Shown here: positions 1 through 9,564 of the stretch, piece after piece | How the letters are laid out: each line of letters starts with the position of its first letter | How positions within the stretch are numbered: position 1 is the first letter of the stretch | Assembly (NCBI GenBank): GCA_900555615.1 | Contig: USMB01000001.1 | Coordinates: 470-64,469, forward strand | Length of the DNA: 64,000 bases | Reading direction: 5' to 3' | Origin: an uncultured Clostridium sp. | GTDB lineage: Bacteria; Bacillota; Clostridia; TANB77; CAG-508 | Notes under the pieces: generated by a model | Databases searched by the model: none | What the model was told of the DNA's origin: nothing | The model's input: the letters and a program-made list of their open reading frames with translations, nothing else | Position numbers and translations under genes: made by a program

Positions 1-39
1 TGGGGCCTGAAATAAAGTAGAAAGGTAAAGTGATAAAAT

Positions 40-477
40 ATGAACAAAGTAATTTTAATGGGTAGATTAACAAGAGACCCAGAAGTAAGATATACTCAAA
101 CAAACAATACAGTTGTTGCATCATTCTCATTAGCAGTAAACAGAAGATTTGTAAGACAAGGAGAAGAAAGACAAGCAGATTTTATAAATATTGTAGCTTG
201 GAGTAAGTTAGGAGAATTTTGTAGCAAATACTTTAAGAAAGGTCAACAAGTTGGAATAATTGGAAGAATCCAAACAAGAACATGGGATGATGACCAAGGT
301 CAAAAACACTATGTTACAGAAGTTGTTGCTGAAGAAGCTTATTTTGCTGATAGCAGAAGAGATGGAGAAGCTTCAAGCTCTTCATTCGAAAGTACATTTG
401 GAACAGCAATACCAGGTGGATCAGTTCCTGGAGGAGCAGATTTCGAGGTATCTTCAAGTGACGACCTACCATTTTAG
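40..477 (+). CDS. ssb: single-stranded DNA-binding protein
   Basis: OB-fold N-terminus (MNKVILMGRLTRDPE...), Gly/Ser-rich tail ending in the acidic tip DDLPF; sits directly upstream of rpsR as in the rpsF-ssb-rpsR operon. Confidence 0.95.
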   Translation: MNKVILMGRLTRDPEVRYTQTNNTVVASFSLAVNRRFVRQGEERQADFINIVAWSKLGEFCSKYFKKGQQVGIIGRIQTRTWDDDQGQKHYVTEVVAEEAYFADSRRDGEASSSSFESTFGTAIPGGSVPGGADFEVSSSDDLPF

Positions 478-496
478 AACAAGGAGGGGAATTTAA

Positions 497-784
497 ATGG
501 CAGACAAAAATAAAAAAAGAAATAATAGAAATAACAATAATTATGATGATGATTTTAACCCAAAGTTCAGAAAACAAAGAAAAAAAGTTTGTGCATTATG
601 CAATGACAAAAACTTTGAATTAGATTATAAAAATCCTGAACAATTAAGAAAATTCATCAATGATAAGGGAAAAATATTACCAAGAAGAACAACAGGTGCT
701 TGTGCTAAACATCAAAGAGACATAACACTTGCTGTTAAGAGAGCTAGACATATTGCAATATTACCATATGCAACAAAAGACTAA
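497..784 (+). CDS. rpsR: 30S ribosomal protein S18, with an Asn/Lys-rich N-terminal extension
   Basis: C-terminal S18 core ([34 protein letters not shown]); GGAGG RBS upstream. Confidence 0.93.
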   Translation: MADKNKKRNNRNNNNYDDDFNPKFRKQRKKVCALCNDKNFELDYKNPEQLRKFINDKGKILPRRTTGACAKHQRDITLAVKRARHIAILPYATKD

Positions 785-790
785 TACAAA

Positions 791-858
791 ATGGCGAAAA
801 TGGGGTCGGAGAATTTTTTCACATTTGCGAAAAAATTCTCCGACCCCATTTTCGCATT
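791..858. repeat. palindromic intergenic element, variant copy (core GGGGTCGGAG / CTCCGACCCC)
   Basis: 27-bp perfect inverted repeat 794-820 / 829-855 (GCGAAAATGGGGTCGGAGAATTTTTTC) with an 8-nt loop; starts 7 nt after the rpsR stop; shares the GCGAAAATGGGGTCGG arm with the other copies. Confidence 0.8.
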
Positions 859-870
859 TTCATATAATTA

Positions 871-1053
871 TTAATTATACAAATTTCTTTCATATAAATC
901 ATCAATAAAAACATCACGTTCTTCAAAATTATCAATAAAGCCAACTTTGGCAATATTATTATTGACTCCTTGAATCCAAACAGGACGTTCATCGAAAAAA
1001 ATATCTACCTTTTCTTTATTTGTTAAGACTTCCTTTACTCTATTATACTTCAT
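871..1053 (-). CDS. small acid-soluble spore protein, SspH family
   Basis: MKYNRVKEVL...RPVWIQGVNNN...V.IDDLYE aligns with B. subtilis SspH (RAKEIV...VPVYIQHVNEE...); GAGGTGG RBS before the internal ATG at 1053, so the longer track ORF start at 1101 is rejected. Confidence 0.7.
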   Translation of the reverse strand: MKYNRVKEVLTNKEKVDIFFDERPVWIQGVNNNIAKVGFIDNFEERDVFIDDLYERNLYN

Positions 1054-1145
1054 AATTACCACCTCAAAATAATTATATACATAAGTATTAAAAATATTCA
1101 TGAATAATGGACAAGATACAATTATAAAATAAAACTATAAAATGC

Positions 1146-1174
1146 TTGAAAAACGACAAAGTTATTAGTATAAT
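1146..1174 (+). promoter_or_regulatory. sigma-A type promoter (TTGAAA-17-TATAAT)
   Basis: TTGAAA at 1146-1151, 17-nt spacer, TATAAT at 1169-1174, about 40 nt upstream of the 1213 start. Confidence 0.55.
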
Positions 1175-1212
1175 AGAAAATGTTAAAAGACGTTTAGAGA
1201 GGATGAGGAAAA

Positions 1213-2814
1213 TTGAAAGAAAAAATATCAGAATTATATAAGGAACAAATAGAAAAAAGTGAATATCCAGTTGTGGGAGCAATTGTAGATAATGAATATA
1301 AAAGTTTAGACGAAGAATTAAATGGAAATGAGAGAGTAGAATTAATAACAATAAATTCTAAAGAAGGAATGAAAATATACAGAAGAACATTAACATATAT
1401 AATGGGAAAGGCATTTTGGCATCTATATCCAGAAGCACATGTAATTGTTAATTACCAACTTTCAAATGCAATGTATTGTAACATAGAAAATATGGAAGTA
1501 ACTCATGAAATGTTAGAAAAAGTAAAAGCAGAAATGCAAGAAATCATTGAAAAGAATTTGAAGATAGAAAAAATGGTAATGACAAGAGAAGAAGCTGAAA
1601 AATTCTATCAAGAAACAAATTCAGCAAAAGGAAGATTACAATTTGACTTAGAAGAAAGACAAAATATTAATATGTATTATTGTGATGAATATTATAATTA
1701 TATTTATGAGATAATAGCAACACATACAGGAATAACTAAAATTTTTGATTTACAAAAATATAGTGATGGATTTTTGTTGAGATATCCAAGTTCAAAAAAT
1801 GTAAATGTTTTACCAGAATTTCAAGAGACAAAAAAATTATTATGGGCATTACAAGAATATGAGACAATCTACAAAGTTTTGAATGTAGGTACAGTATACA
1901 GATTAAACAAAGCTGTAGAAGAGAATAGTATAAAATATTTAATCTTATTATCAGAAGCTTTACATGAAAAAAAGATTTCTCAAATTGCAGATAAAATTGC
2001 AGCTAGAAAAGGCGTAAAAATGATATTAATAGCAGGCCCATCATCTTCTGGAAAGACAACATTTGCACAAAGATTAGGCATACAATTAAAAATAAATGGT
2101 CTAAGACCTGTAACAATTTCTGTAGACAATTATTTTGTTGAAAGAAAAGATACTCCATTAAATGAAAAGGGAGAATATGATTTTGAAAGTATTAATGCAA
2201 TTGATATAGACTTATTTAATAAGCATTTGTTGGCTCTTTTGAATGGCGAAGAAGTTGAAATGCCTGAATTTGATTTTCAAGAGGGAACTAAAAAGTATAA
2301 TGGAAATAAAATAAAATTAGGAAAAGATGATGTTCTTGTAATTGAAGGAATTCATTGCTTAAATGATAAGCTAACAGAAAGGATTCCTCAAGACCAAAAG
2401 TACAAGATTTATATAAGTGCATTAACAGTTCTTAACATGGATGCAATTAATAGAATTTCTACAACAGATACTAGATTAATTAGAAGAATGGCAAGAGACA
2501 GCAAATTTAGAGGATATACGGCTCAAAATACAATTTCTACTTGGGATAATGTAAATAGAGGAGAAGAAAAAAATATATTCCCATACCAAGAACAAGCAGA
2601 CAGTATATTTAACACATCACTTATATATGAACTAGGTGTTCTAAAAGATGATGTAGTTCCATTGTTAGAAAAGATCACAAGAGATGAACCTGAATTTGCA
2701 GAGGCACAAAGATTGCTAGAAATATTACGCTATTTTAAGTCAATTCCAAAAGATATGGTTCCATCTAATTCTTTATTAAGAGAATTTTTAGGTGGAGGAG
2801 ATTTTAAAGGATAA
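1213..2814 (+). CDS. uridine kinase / phosphoribulokinase-family nucleoside kinase with an N-terminal TGS/ThrRS-like domain
   Basis: P-loop GPSSSGKTT in the C-terminal half, uridine-kinase-like DNYF and EGIH motifs; TTG start with a GAGG RBS. Confidence 0.7.
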   Translation: MKEKISELYKEQIEKSEYPVVGAIVDNEYKSLDEELNGNERVELITINSKEGMKIYRRTLTYIMGKAFWHLYPEAHVIVNYQLSNAMYCNIENMEVTHEMLEKVKAEMQEIIEKNLKIEKMVMTREEAEKFYQETNSAKGRLQFDLEERQNINMYYCDEYYNYIYEIIATHTGITKIFDLQKYSDGFLLRYPSSKNVNVLPEFQETKKLLWALQEYETIYKVLNVGTVYRLNKAVEENSIKYLILLSEALHEKKISQIADKIAARKGVKMILIAGPSSSGKTTFAQRLGIQLKINGLRPVTISVDNYFVERKDTPLNEKGEYDFESINAIDIDLFNKHLLALLNGEEVEMPEFDFQEGTKKYNGNKIKLGKDDVLVIEGIHCLNDKLTERIPQDQKYKIYISALTVLNMDAINRISTTDTRLIRRMARDSKFRGYTAQNTISTWDNVNRGEEKNIFPYQEQADSIFNTSLIYELGVLKDDVVPLLEKITRDEPEFAEAQRLLEILRYFKSIPKDMVPSNSLLREFLGGGDFKG

Positions 2815-2833
2815 ACATAATTGGAGGCATAAA

Positions 2834-3151
2834 GTGTTAGAAAAAAGTAAATTTACAAAAATAGATGAAGAATTTATTTGTGAAAATTGTGGTAAGAAAG
2901 TTCCTAAGCTAGGTTATACTAGCAGGAACCATTGCCCATATTGTTTACATTCAAAACATTTGGATATAAATCCAGGAGATAGGGCAGAAACATGCCATGG
3001 CATATTAGAACCTATTGGATTGGAAACAAACTCTAAAAAAGGGTATATAATTGTTTTTAAATGTAAGAAATGTGGTGCAATAAGAAGGAATAAAGTGGCA
3101 GAAGATGATAACATGGATTTGATTATTAAATTGAGTGCAAAACATATTTAA
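2834..3151 (+). CDS. RNHCP domain-containing protein (zinc-ribbon)
   Basis: RNHCPYCLHSKH motif plus flanking CxxC pairs; GTG at 2834 lies 7 nt after GGAGG, and the longer track start overlaps the upstream gene. Confidence 0.7.
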   Translation: MLEKSKFTKIDEEFICENCGKKVPKLGYTSRNHCPYCLHSKHLDINPGDRAETCHGILEPIGLETNSKKGYIIVFKCKKCGAIRRNKVAEDDNMDLIIKLSAKHI

Positions 3152-3158
3152 GATAAAA

Positions 3159-3191
3159 TAAAAAAACGCTTTTGATTCAAGCGTTTTTTTA
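3159..3191. terminator. bidirectional intrinsic terminator
   Basis: ACGCTT (3166-3171) / AAGCGT (3179-3184) stem flanked by an A-run and a T-run, between convergent genes. Confidence 0.7.
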
Positions 3192-3392
3192 TTATTGTGC
3201 TCTTTTTACTTTTCCATTTTTTAAACATTTAGCACATACATGGATTCTTTTTATTTCTCCATCAACATCAGCTTTTACTGTTCTTAAGTTTGGCTTCCAA
3301 GTACGTGGAGCTCTTTTACTGATATGAGAACGTGTTATACTTAATTTATTTCCATGAATAGCTGTTTTTTCACAAATTTCACATTTTGCCAT
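3192..3392 (-). CDS. rpmB: 50S ribosomal protein L28
   Basis: MAKCEICEKT...GNKLSITRSHISKRAPRTWKPNL is the L28 signature; start taken at MAKCE. Confidence 0.92.
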   Translation of the reverse strand: MAKCEICEKTAIHGNKLSITRSHISKRAPRTWKPNLRTVKADVDGEIKRIHVCAKCLKNGKVKRAQ

Positions 3393-3485
3393 GATTAAAT
3401 GCACCTCCTATTTAAAATAATAAACATGACTATTAACTAGTTTACCATAGAATTTGGAAAAATACAAGAGTTTTTTGCAAAAAAG

Positions 3486-4712
3486 TTAGTTTCTTGATAA
3501 ATTAAACCAAATGCTAAATATGTTTTTAGTGATGTTTAAAAATCCCGATTTTTCTATTGAATTTTCTGCTACAAGATTAGTTCTTAATAGAACATTTCCA
3601 TTCATTGAATATGTTATAGTTCCAAGGATTTGACCTTTATCAACAGGAGCTTGAATTGAATCATTTAAATTAATTTCATAAGTTATATTTGATTCTTCTC
3701 CCTTTTTTATAAGAAGAGAAGGAGAGGTTTCATAAACAGCATTTACTTCATTTTGAACGCCTTTATTAACAGAAATAGATTTTACTACATCTCCTTGAAC
3801 TGCAAAAGTTTTATATGAAAAATTACTGAAACCATAATCTAGTAAACTAGTAGCATTGCTAAAACGTTTAGCGGCTGTTGGAGCTTTCATAACAACAGCA
3901 ATTAAAGATAATCCATCACGCGTTGCAGAAGCGGAAAGATTATACAATGCAAGTGAAGTAGAACCTGTTTTTAAACCAGTACATCCAGCATAATTTCTAA
4001 CTAATTTATTTGTATTTGAAAGGGAAGATTTTCCATCTCTTAAAGTATCTGTCCAAATTGTTGTGTATTCTGTTATTTTAGGATGTTTAGTTAACAATTC
4101 TCTAGACATTAAGGCAATATCGTATGCAGAAGTTAGATGGTCATCTTCATCTAATCCATGGCAATTTTTGAATGTAGTATCATTCATTCCTAATTCTTTG
4201 GCTTTATCATTCATCATCTGAACAAAACCTTCTTCAGTGCCTCCAAGATATTCGGCGAGAGCCACTACACAATCATTTGCACTAACTACACAAATTGCTT
4301 TTAACATATCATTAACACTTAAAGTTTCTGTGGTATCAAGCCAAATTTGTGAACCACCCATGCTTGCAGCATTGCTACTACATGGAATTTGGGTATCAAG
4401 TGTGATTTTTCCACTGTCTAATGCTTCCATAATAAGTAAAAGACTCATGACTTTTGTTACACTTGCTGGATGTAATTTTTCATGAACATTGTATCCATAT
4501 AATATTTGACCACTATTTTGCTCAATTAAAATTGTAGCTCCTGCATCTAAATTTAAAAAATTATTATCTAAAATTTCTCCACTTTCAGTAAGGGAGGAAG
4601 AAGTTTCAACAACTTTATCTAAAACAGACCAAGTGTACTCTTCTGAAAAAGCATAGCATACAGAAGTGCTAAAAATAAATATTAATATAATTGAAATAAA
4701 AAATTTTTTCAT
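3486..4712 (-). CDS. D-alanyl-D-alanine carboxypeptidase (S11, PBP5/DacB-like)
   Basis: Signal peptide; SxxK (SVTK), SxN (SAND) and KTG (KTGST) motifs in the canonical order. Confidence 0.88.
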   Translation of the reverse strand: MKKFFISIILIFIFSTSVCYAFSEEYTWSVLDKVVETSSSLTESGEILDNNFLNLDAGATILIEQNSGQILYGYNVHEKLHPASVTKVMSLLLIMEALDSGKITLDTQIPCSSNAASMGGSQIWLDTTETLSVNDMLKAICVVSANDCVVALAEYLGGTEEGFVQMMNDKAKELGMNDTTFKNCHGLDEDDHLTSAYDIALMSRELLTKHPKITEYTTIWTDTLRDGKSSLSNTNKLVRNYAGCTGLKTGSTSLALYNLSASATRDGLSLIAVVMKAPTAAKRFSNATSLLDYGFSNFSYKTFAVQGDVVKSISVNKGVQNEVNAVYETSPSLLIKKGEESNITYEINLNDSIQAPVDKGQILGTITYSMNGNVLLRTNLVAENSIEKSGFLNITKNIFSIWFNLSRN

Positions 4713-4882
4713 ATGCCCTCCGAATTTAAAACCGATTTTTTTACTTTTACAATTATATGCACTTATATCAATAAAAATTCAAAATAAAAAAACTTTCGGG
4801 AAATTTTTACGTAAATTTGACATAAATAGTTAAAAGTAGTATAATTAAATTAGCAGATATGCTAAGATAGGAGGTATTTAAT

Positions 4883-6241
4883 ATGAATAGTAAAATTTTA
4901 AAACATATTAAAAAAGTTATTATTGCATTAGCAATAATGGTATTATGTGGTACAAATACCGCATGTGCATTTTCGTTTGGAGGAACGAGCAATACAGGAA
5001 AAACTAATAGCTCAATAATGAGTTTAATTGAGATGCTACGTAAATTTAAGAAAGACGAATATACATTATCAGATTTTGAGATTGATCTAGAAAAAATGAA
5101 AAAGACAGGTGATATTGATGTTGAAAAGATCGAAGAATTATTTGACAAACTTCCAAATAGCACAGAAAAGAGCATGTTACAACCATCAATAGAAATGTTT
5201 TCAAATATTTCAGATACAAGTGCAATTAAAGGAATTGATGTAAAAGGACTTTTAAGCAAACTTTTAGAGACACTTATCAATGCAGTTAAGTCACTTGTAA
5301 GTGGAATAGGTGGAAGCAGTAGTTCTTTACCAGTTGAACCAACATCAGTAAATATGACTGCAAAAACAGCAGTAGAATTTGCTGGAAAAGATTATGCTGT
5401 AAACTTACATGCAAGTGTTTATAAACATGTAGATGCAAATGGAAATCCGGATTCAAATAAATGGGTATTATTACTACATCCAAATAGCTATAATGGAGCG
5501 AAGATAGCGGGAATAGTTGGACCATTCTATTACGAAAAAGGATATAACATTTTTGCACCAGATTTAAGAGGTGCAGGAGATAGCGAAGGAGAAACTTCAT
5601 TAGGATTTTTGGACAGTCTTGATGCATATGATTGGTTAACTAAATTGAACAATGAATATGACACAGAAGAGGTTATTGTACATGGTATATCATTAGGAGC
5701 AGCAACAACTAACTTCTTATCAGGAATTGATCAATTTATGAACAATGGACCAGTAAAAATGAATACTACAATTAAACCTATACGTGAATTAAAAGTAATT
5801 GGTTTAGTTGAAGATTGTGGATATACTGATATGGAGCAGTTTTCAAGTAAGAGTTCTTTGATAGGCATGGGAATAGGATTAACAGAAGAAAATTATGATT
5901 ACTATCATTTAGCTACAAATAGTTTAAAATACTGTGATCTTCCAATTTTAATAATACATGGAACAAAAGACATCATTGTAAAAGTAGAAAATGCTGACAC
6001 AGTAAAAAATACAGTAAAAGGTTATGCTGAACAATGGTTAGTAGAAGGAAAAAATCATGCATTTATAATAATGGGACAAGAGGAAGAAGCATATGAAGCA
6101 CATGTACATGATTTTATAGATAGATGCGAAAACAAAGATACACAAATCAATCTACCACAAGTATCAGAAGAAAATAATACAGACACAGAGAAAGGAACGC
6201 AAAGTTTCTTAGAAAAATTAATTAATGCATTAAAAAAATAA
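4883..6241 (+). CDS. secreted or membrane-anchored alpha/beta hydrolase
   Basis: N-terminal signal/anchor; GxSxG nucleophile elbow (HGISLGA); C-terminal HG..D and H catalytic-type residues. Confidence 0.6.
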   Translation: MNSKILKHIKKVIIALAIMVLCGTNTACAFSFGGTSNTGKTNSSIMSLIEMLRKFKKDEYTLSDFEIDLEKMKKTGDIDVEKIEELFDKLPNSTEKSMLQPSIEMFSNISDTSAIKGIDVKGLLSKLLETLINAVKSLVSGIGGSSSSLPVEPTSVNMTAKTAVEFAGKDYAVNLHASVYKHVDANGNPDSNKWVLLLHPNSYNGAKIAGIVGPFYYEKGYNIFAPDLRGAGDSEGETSLGFLDSLDAYDWLTKLNNEYDTEEVIVHGISLGAATTNFLSGIDQFMNNGPVKMNTTIKPIRELKVIGLVEDCGYTDMEQFSSKSSLIGMGIGLTEENYDYYHLATNSLKYCDLPILIIHGTKDIIVKVENADTVKNTVKGYAEQWLVEGKNHAFIIMGQEEEAYEAHVHDFIDRCENKDTQINLPQVSEENNTDTEKGTQSFLEKLINALKK

Positions 6242-6279
6242 AGATTTACTGATTATCAATAATTATAAAATTTAAAAAG

Positions 6280-6312
6280 GGTGTCCTGTGAAGAACAGGA
6301 TACCTTCTTCTT
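6280..6312 (+). terminator. intrinsic terminator
   Basis: GGTGTCCTGT (6280-6289) / ACAGGATACC (6295-6304) stem followed by TTCTTCTT. Confidence 0.7.
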
Positions 6313-6335
6313 GTATAATAAATATGGCTAGCTAA

Positions 6336-6965
6336 TTAATATAATAGAGTAATTTTGCTACCGTTTTTTTTTATAAAACCTTCATCTATAAGTAATTTAA
6401 GTTCTCTCATCATAGCACTTCTATCAACACTTAAAAAATCTGCCAAATCTGTATAAGAATATGGCAAAGTAAAAGTTTTACGTAAAGATCCTTTGGAAAG
6501 AATTTCAAAATAAGAAAGAATTTTACTTCTAGTATTTCTTTTTGTAAGTATTTCGATACGCAAATTTAATTCAACGATTTTACTTAAAAAGAGTTCACTT
6601 AAACTACTAGTAAGAGTTTTGTGGAAATCGCAGTTACGCCTACATTTTGTAAATAAAGTATCATACGTAAAAAATAATATTTCAGAATTTTTACGAGCAA
6701 TTGCAAATAGTTCATTATTAGTATTTGCTGGAAAGAATACTTCACCAAAAATATCATCATCAACGAAATGACCAATAATAGTTTTATTTCCATTAAAATC
6801 ATATCTAATTAAATCTACTTCGCCTGATAAAACAATGCATATTTGATTACGCTTTTCAATATATGTGGTTACAGTTTCACCTTTTATAAATTTTTTTGTT
6901 TGAACTCTATTACAATCATGTTTGAAAATTTTTATAAAATTTTTTTTATCGAAATTAGTATCCAT
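6336..6965 (-). CDS. Crp/Fnr-family transcriptional regulator
   Basis: cNMP-binding-like beta-roll followed by a C-terminal HTH (YSYTDLADFLSVDRSAMMRELKLL); GGAGG RBS precedes the internal Met (MDTNFDK) at 6965. Confidence 0.8.
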   Translation of the reverse strand: MDTNFDKKNFIKIFKHDCNRVQTKKFIKGETVTTYIEKRNQICIVLSGEVDLIRYDFNGNKTIIGHFVDDDIFGEVFFPANTNNELFAIARKNSEILFFTYDTLFTKCRRNCDFHKTLTSSLSELFLSKIVELNLRIEILTKRNTRSKILSYFEILSKGSLRKTFTLPYSYTDLADFLSVDRSAMMRELKLLIDEGFIKKNGSKITLLY

Positions 6966-7205
6966 AAAAATAACCTCCAAATTATCAAAATCTTGTGCTT
7001 CACAACTTACAGAATTCGACATAATTATTATACTGAAAATTATGAAATTCTAAAACAATTATATTTCATTTTTGTTGCATTTGCAACAGTTTTTTTAAAA
7101 TTTAAATGTATAATAAGTACATACAAATCAAACACAAGATGTTAACAAAGAACGTGAAAAACGGCTTTGCTCAAGGGTTTGTACTGAAGAAAGGAATGGG
7201 GTAAG

Positions 7206-9332
7206 ATGAAAGTTATTAAAAGAGACGGAAGAACAATCGAATTTGATAGGGATAAGATTGAAGTAGCAATTGAAAAAGCAAATAAAGAGGTAAGAGGAAA
7301 AGAAAAAGCAACAAAAGACGAAATTAATGAAATTATTGCATATATAGAGGATTTAGGAAAAAAGAGAATGTTAGTAGAAGACATTCAGGACGTTATAGAA
7401 GAAAAATTAATGGAACTTAACAAGTATGAATTAGCTAAAAAATATATAGTATATAGATATACAAGAGCATTGGTTAGAAAATCAAATACAACAGACGAAT
7501 CTATTTTAGGATTAATCAGAAATGAAAATAAAGAATTAGCAGAAGAAAATTCAAATAAAAATACAATGCTTGCATCTACACAAAGAGATTACATAGCAGG
7601 AGAAGTTTCAAGAGATTTAACAAGAAGAATTTTATTGCCAGAAAAGATATCAAAAGCACATGAAGATGGAATTTTACATTTCCATGATGCAGATTATTTT
7701 GTACAACCAATATTTAACTGTTGCCTAATTAATATTGGAGATATGCTAGACAATGGAACAGCAATGAATGGAAAAATGATAGAAAGTCCAAAGAGTTTCC
7801 AAGTTGCATGTACTGTAACAACACAAATAATTGCAGCAGTAGCAAGTAACCAATATGGTGGACAATCAGTAGATATGAAACATTTAGGAAAATATTTAAG
7901 AAGAAGTCATGATAAATTCCAAAAAAGATTAACAGAAAAATATGGTGGAAAATTACCTAAACAAACAATAGAAGATATGGTAAATGATAGAGTAAAAGAG
8001 GAATTAGCAGCAGGTGTACAAACAATTCAATATCAAATAAATACATTAATGACAACAAATGGACAATCTCCATTCGTAACATTATTCTTACACTTAGAGC
8101 CAGATGATGAATACATAAAAGAAAATGCTATGATAATAGAAGAAATCTTAAAGCAAAGAATTCAAGGAATAAAGAATGAAGTTGGAGTATATGTAACACC
8201 AGCATTTCCAAAATTAGTATATGTATTAGATGAACATAACTGCTTAAAAGGCGGAAAATATGATTATTTAACAAAATTAGCAGTAAAATGTTCTGCAAAG
8301 AGAATGTATCCTGATTATATATCAGCTAAAAAGATGAAAGAAAACTATGAAGGTAATGTATTTAGCCCAATGGGATGCAGAAGTTTCTTAATTCCATGGA
8401 AAGATGAAAATGGAAATTATAAATTTGAAGGAAGATTTAATCAAGGTGTTGTAAGTATTAACTTGCCACAAATAGCTATACTTGCACAAGGAGATGACGA
8501 TAAATTCTGGAAGTTATTAGATGAAAGACTAGAACTTTGTAAAGAAGCATTAATGTGCAGACATTATTCTTTATTAGGAACATCATCAGATATTTCTCCA
8601 ATTCACTGGCAAAATGGTGCGATAGCACGTTTGAAAAAAGGTGAAAAGATTGATAAATACTTAAAAGATGGATATTCAACATTATCTTTAGGCTATATAG
8701 GAATATATGAGACTACAAAATTAATGAGAGGAGTATCACATACAACTCCAGAAGGACATGAGTTTGCAATTAAAGTTATGAGATATCTAAAAGATAGAGC
8801 TAATAAATGGAAAAAAGAAACAGGATTAGGATTTTCTTTATATGGAACACCAGCAGAGTCTCTATGCTATAGATTTGCTCGTATTGATAAAGAAAAATTT
8901 GGTAGCATACCAGATGTTACAGATAAGGGATATTATACAAATTCATATCATGTTGATGTTAGAGAAAAGATTGATGCTTTCCATAAATTGAAATTTGAGA
9001 GTGAATTCCAACCATTATCTGGAGGCGGGGCAATTTCTTATGTAGAAGTTCCAAACATGAAAAACAATTTACAAGCATTAGAAGAAGTTGTTAAATTTAT
9101 ATATGATAATATTCAATATGCTGAATTTAATACAAAGTCAGATTATTGCCAAGTTTGTGGATATGACGGAGAGATGATAATTAATGATCAAAATGAGTGG
9201 GAATGCCCACAATGTGGAAATAAAGACCATAATAAAATGAATGTTGTTCGTCGTACTTGCGGATATTTGGGAGAGAATTTCTGGAATGTTGGTAAGACTA
9301 AAGAAATTAAATCAAGAGTATTGCATTTATAA
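7206..9332 (+). CDS. nrdD: anaerobic ribonucleoside-triphosphate reductase (class III)
   Basis: N-terminal ATP-cone, C-terminal CxxC...CxxC zinc site and glycyl-radical motif RRTCGYLG. Confidence 0.95.
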   Translation: MKVIKRDGRTIEFDRDKIEVAIEKANKEVRGKEKATKDEINEIIAYIEDLGKKRMLVEDIQDVIEEKLMELNKYELAKKYIVYRYTRALVRKSNTTDESILGLIRNENKELAEENSNKNTMLASTQRDYIAGEVSRDLTRRILLPEKISKAHEDGILHFHDADYFVQPIFNCCLINIGDMLDNGTAMNGKMIESPKSFQVACTVTTQIIAAVASNQYGGQSVDMKHLGKYLRRSHDKFQKRLTEKYGGKLPKQTIEDMVNDRVKEELAAGVQTIQYQINTLMTTNGQSPFVTLFLHLEPDDEYIKENAMIIEEILKQRIQGIKNEVGVYVTPAFPKLVYVLDEHNCLKGGKYDYLTKLAVKCSAKRMYPDYISAKKMKENYEGNVFSPMGCRSFLIPWKDENGNYKFEGRFNQGVVSINLPQIAILAQGDDDKFWKLLDERLELCKEALMCRHYSLLGTSSDISPIHWQNGAIARLKKGEKIDKYLKDGYSTLSLGYIGIYETTKLMRGVSHTTPEGHEFAIKVMRYLKDRANKWKKETGLGFSLYGTPAESLCYRFARIDKEKFGSIPDVTDKGYYTNSYHVDVREKIDAFHKLKFESEFQPLSGGGAISYVEVPNMKNNLQALEEVVKFIYDNIQYAEFNTKSDYCQVCGYDGEMIINDQNEWECPQCGNKDHNKMNVVRRTCGYLGENFWNVGKTKEIKSRVLHL

Positions 9333-9337
9333 AATTT

Positions 9338-9420
9338 GTGAAAAAGGTGTGAAAAAGGGGTCGGTCCTTAATTTAGCAAAATTGCTAAATTAAGGACCGA
9401 CCCCTTTTTCGCTTTTTCAT
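9338..9420. repeat. palindromic intergenic element (core GGGGTCGGTCC / GGACCGACCCC)
   Basis: 29-bp arms 9351-9379 / 9382-9410, flanked by GTGAAAAAG x2 on the left and CTTTTTC x2 on the right; begins 6 nt after the nrdD stop. Confidence 0.85.
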
Positions 9421-9445
9421 ATTATTTCAAATAATTTTTTAAAAA

Positions 9446-9472
9446 TTAGCAAAAAGACTTGACAAGTGCTAA
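9446..9472 (+). promoter_or_regulatory. CIRCE operator 1 (imperfect), overlapping the -35 box
   Basis: TTAGCAAAA-N9-AAGTGCTAA versus consensus TTAGCACTC-N9-GAGTGCTAA; TTGACA at 9459-9464 and TATTAT/TATAAT at 9482-9490. Confidence 0.75.
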
Positions 9473-9498
9473 AAAATATAGTATTATAATATACGAAA

Positions 9499-9525
9499 TT
9501 AGCAAACAAACATAAAGAGTGCTAA
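9499..9525 (+). promoter_or_regulatory. CIRCE operator 2
   Basis: TTAGCAAAC-N9-GAGTGCTAA between the promoter and the hrcA start. Confidence 0.8.
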
Positions 9526-9564
9526 AAAAGAAGCTAACATATCCCAAAAGAGGAGGAGAAAAAA

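Noticed and set aside
7100-7205. NrdR box or riboswitch upstream of nrdD
   Set aside because: AACACAAGATGTTAAC is not palindromic in the NrdR-box manner, and no second box or conserved riboswitch motif was found.
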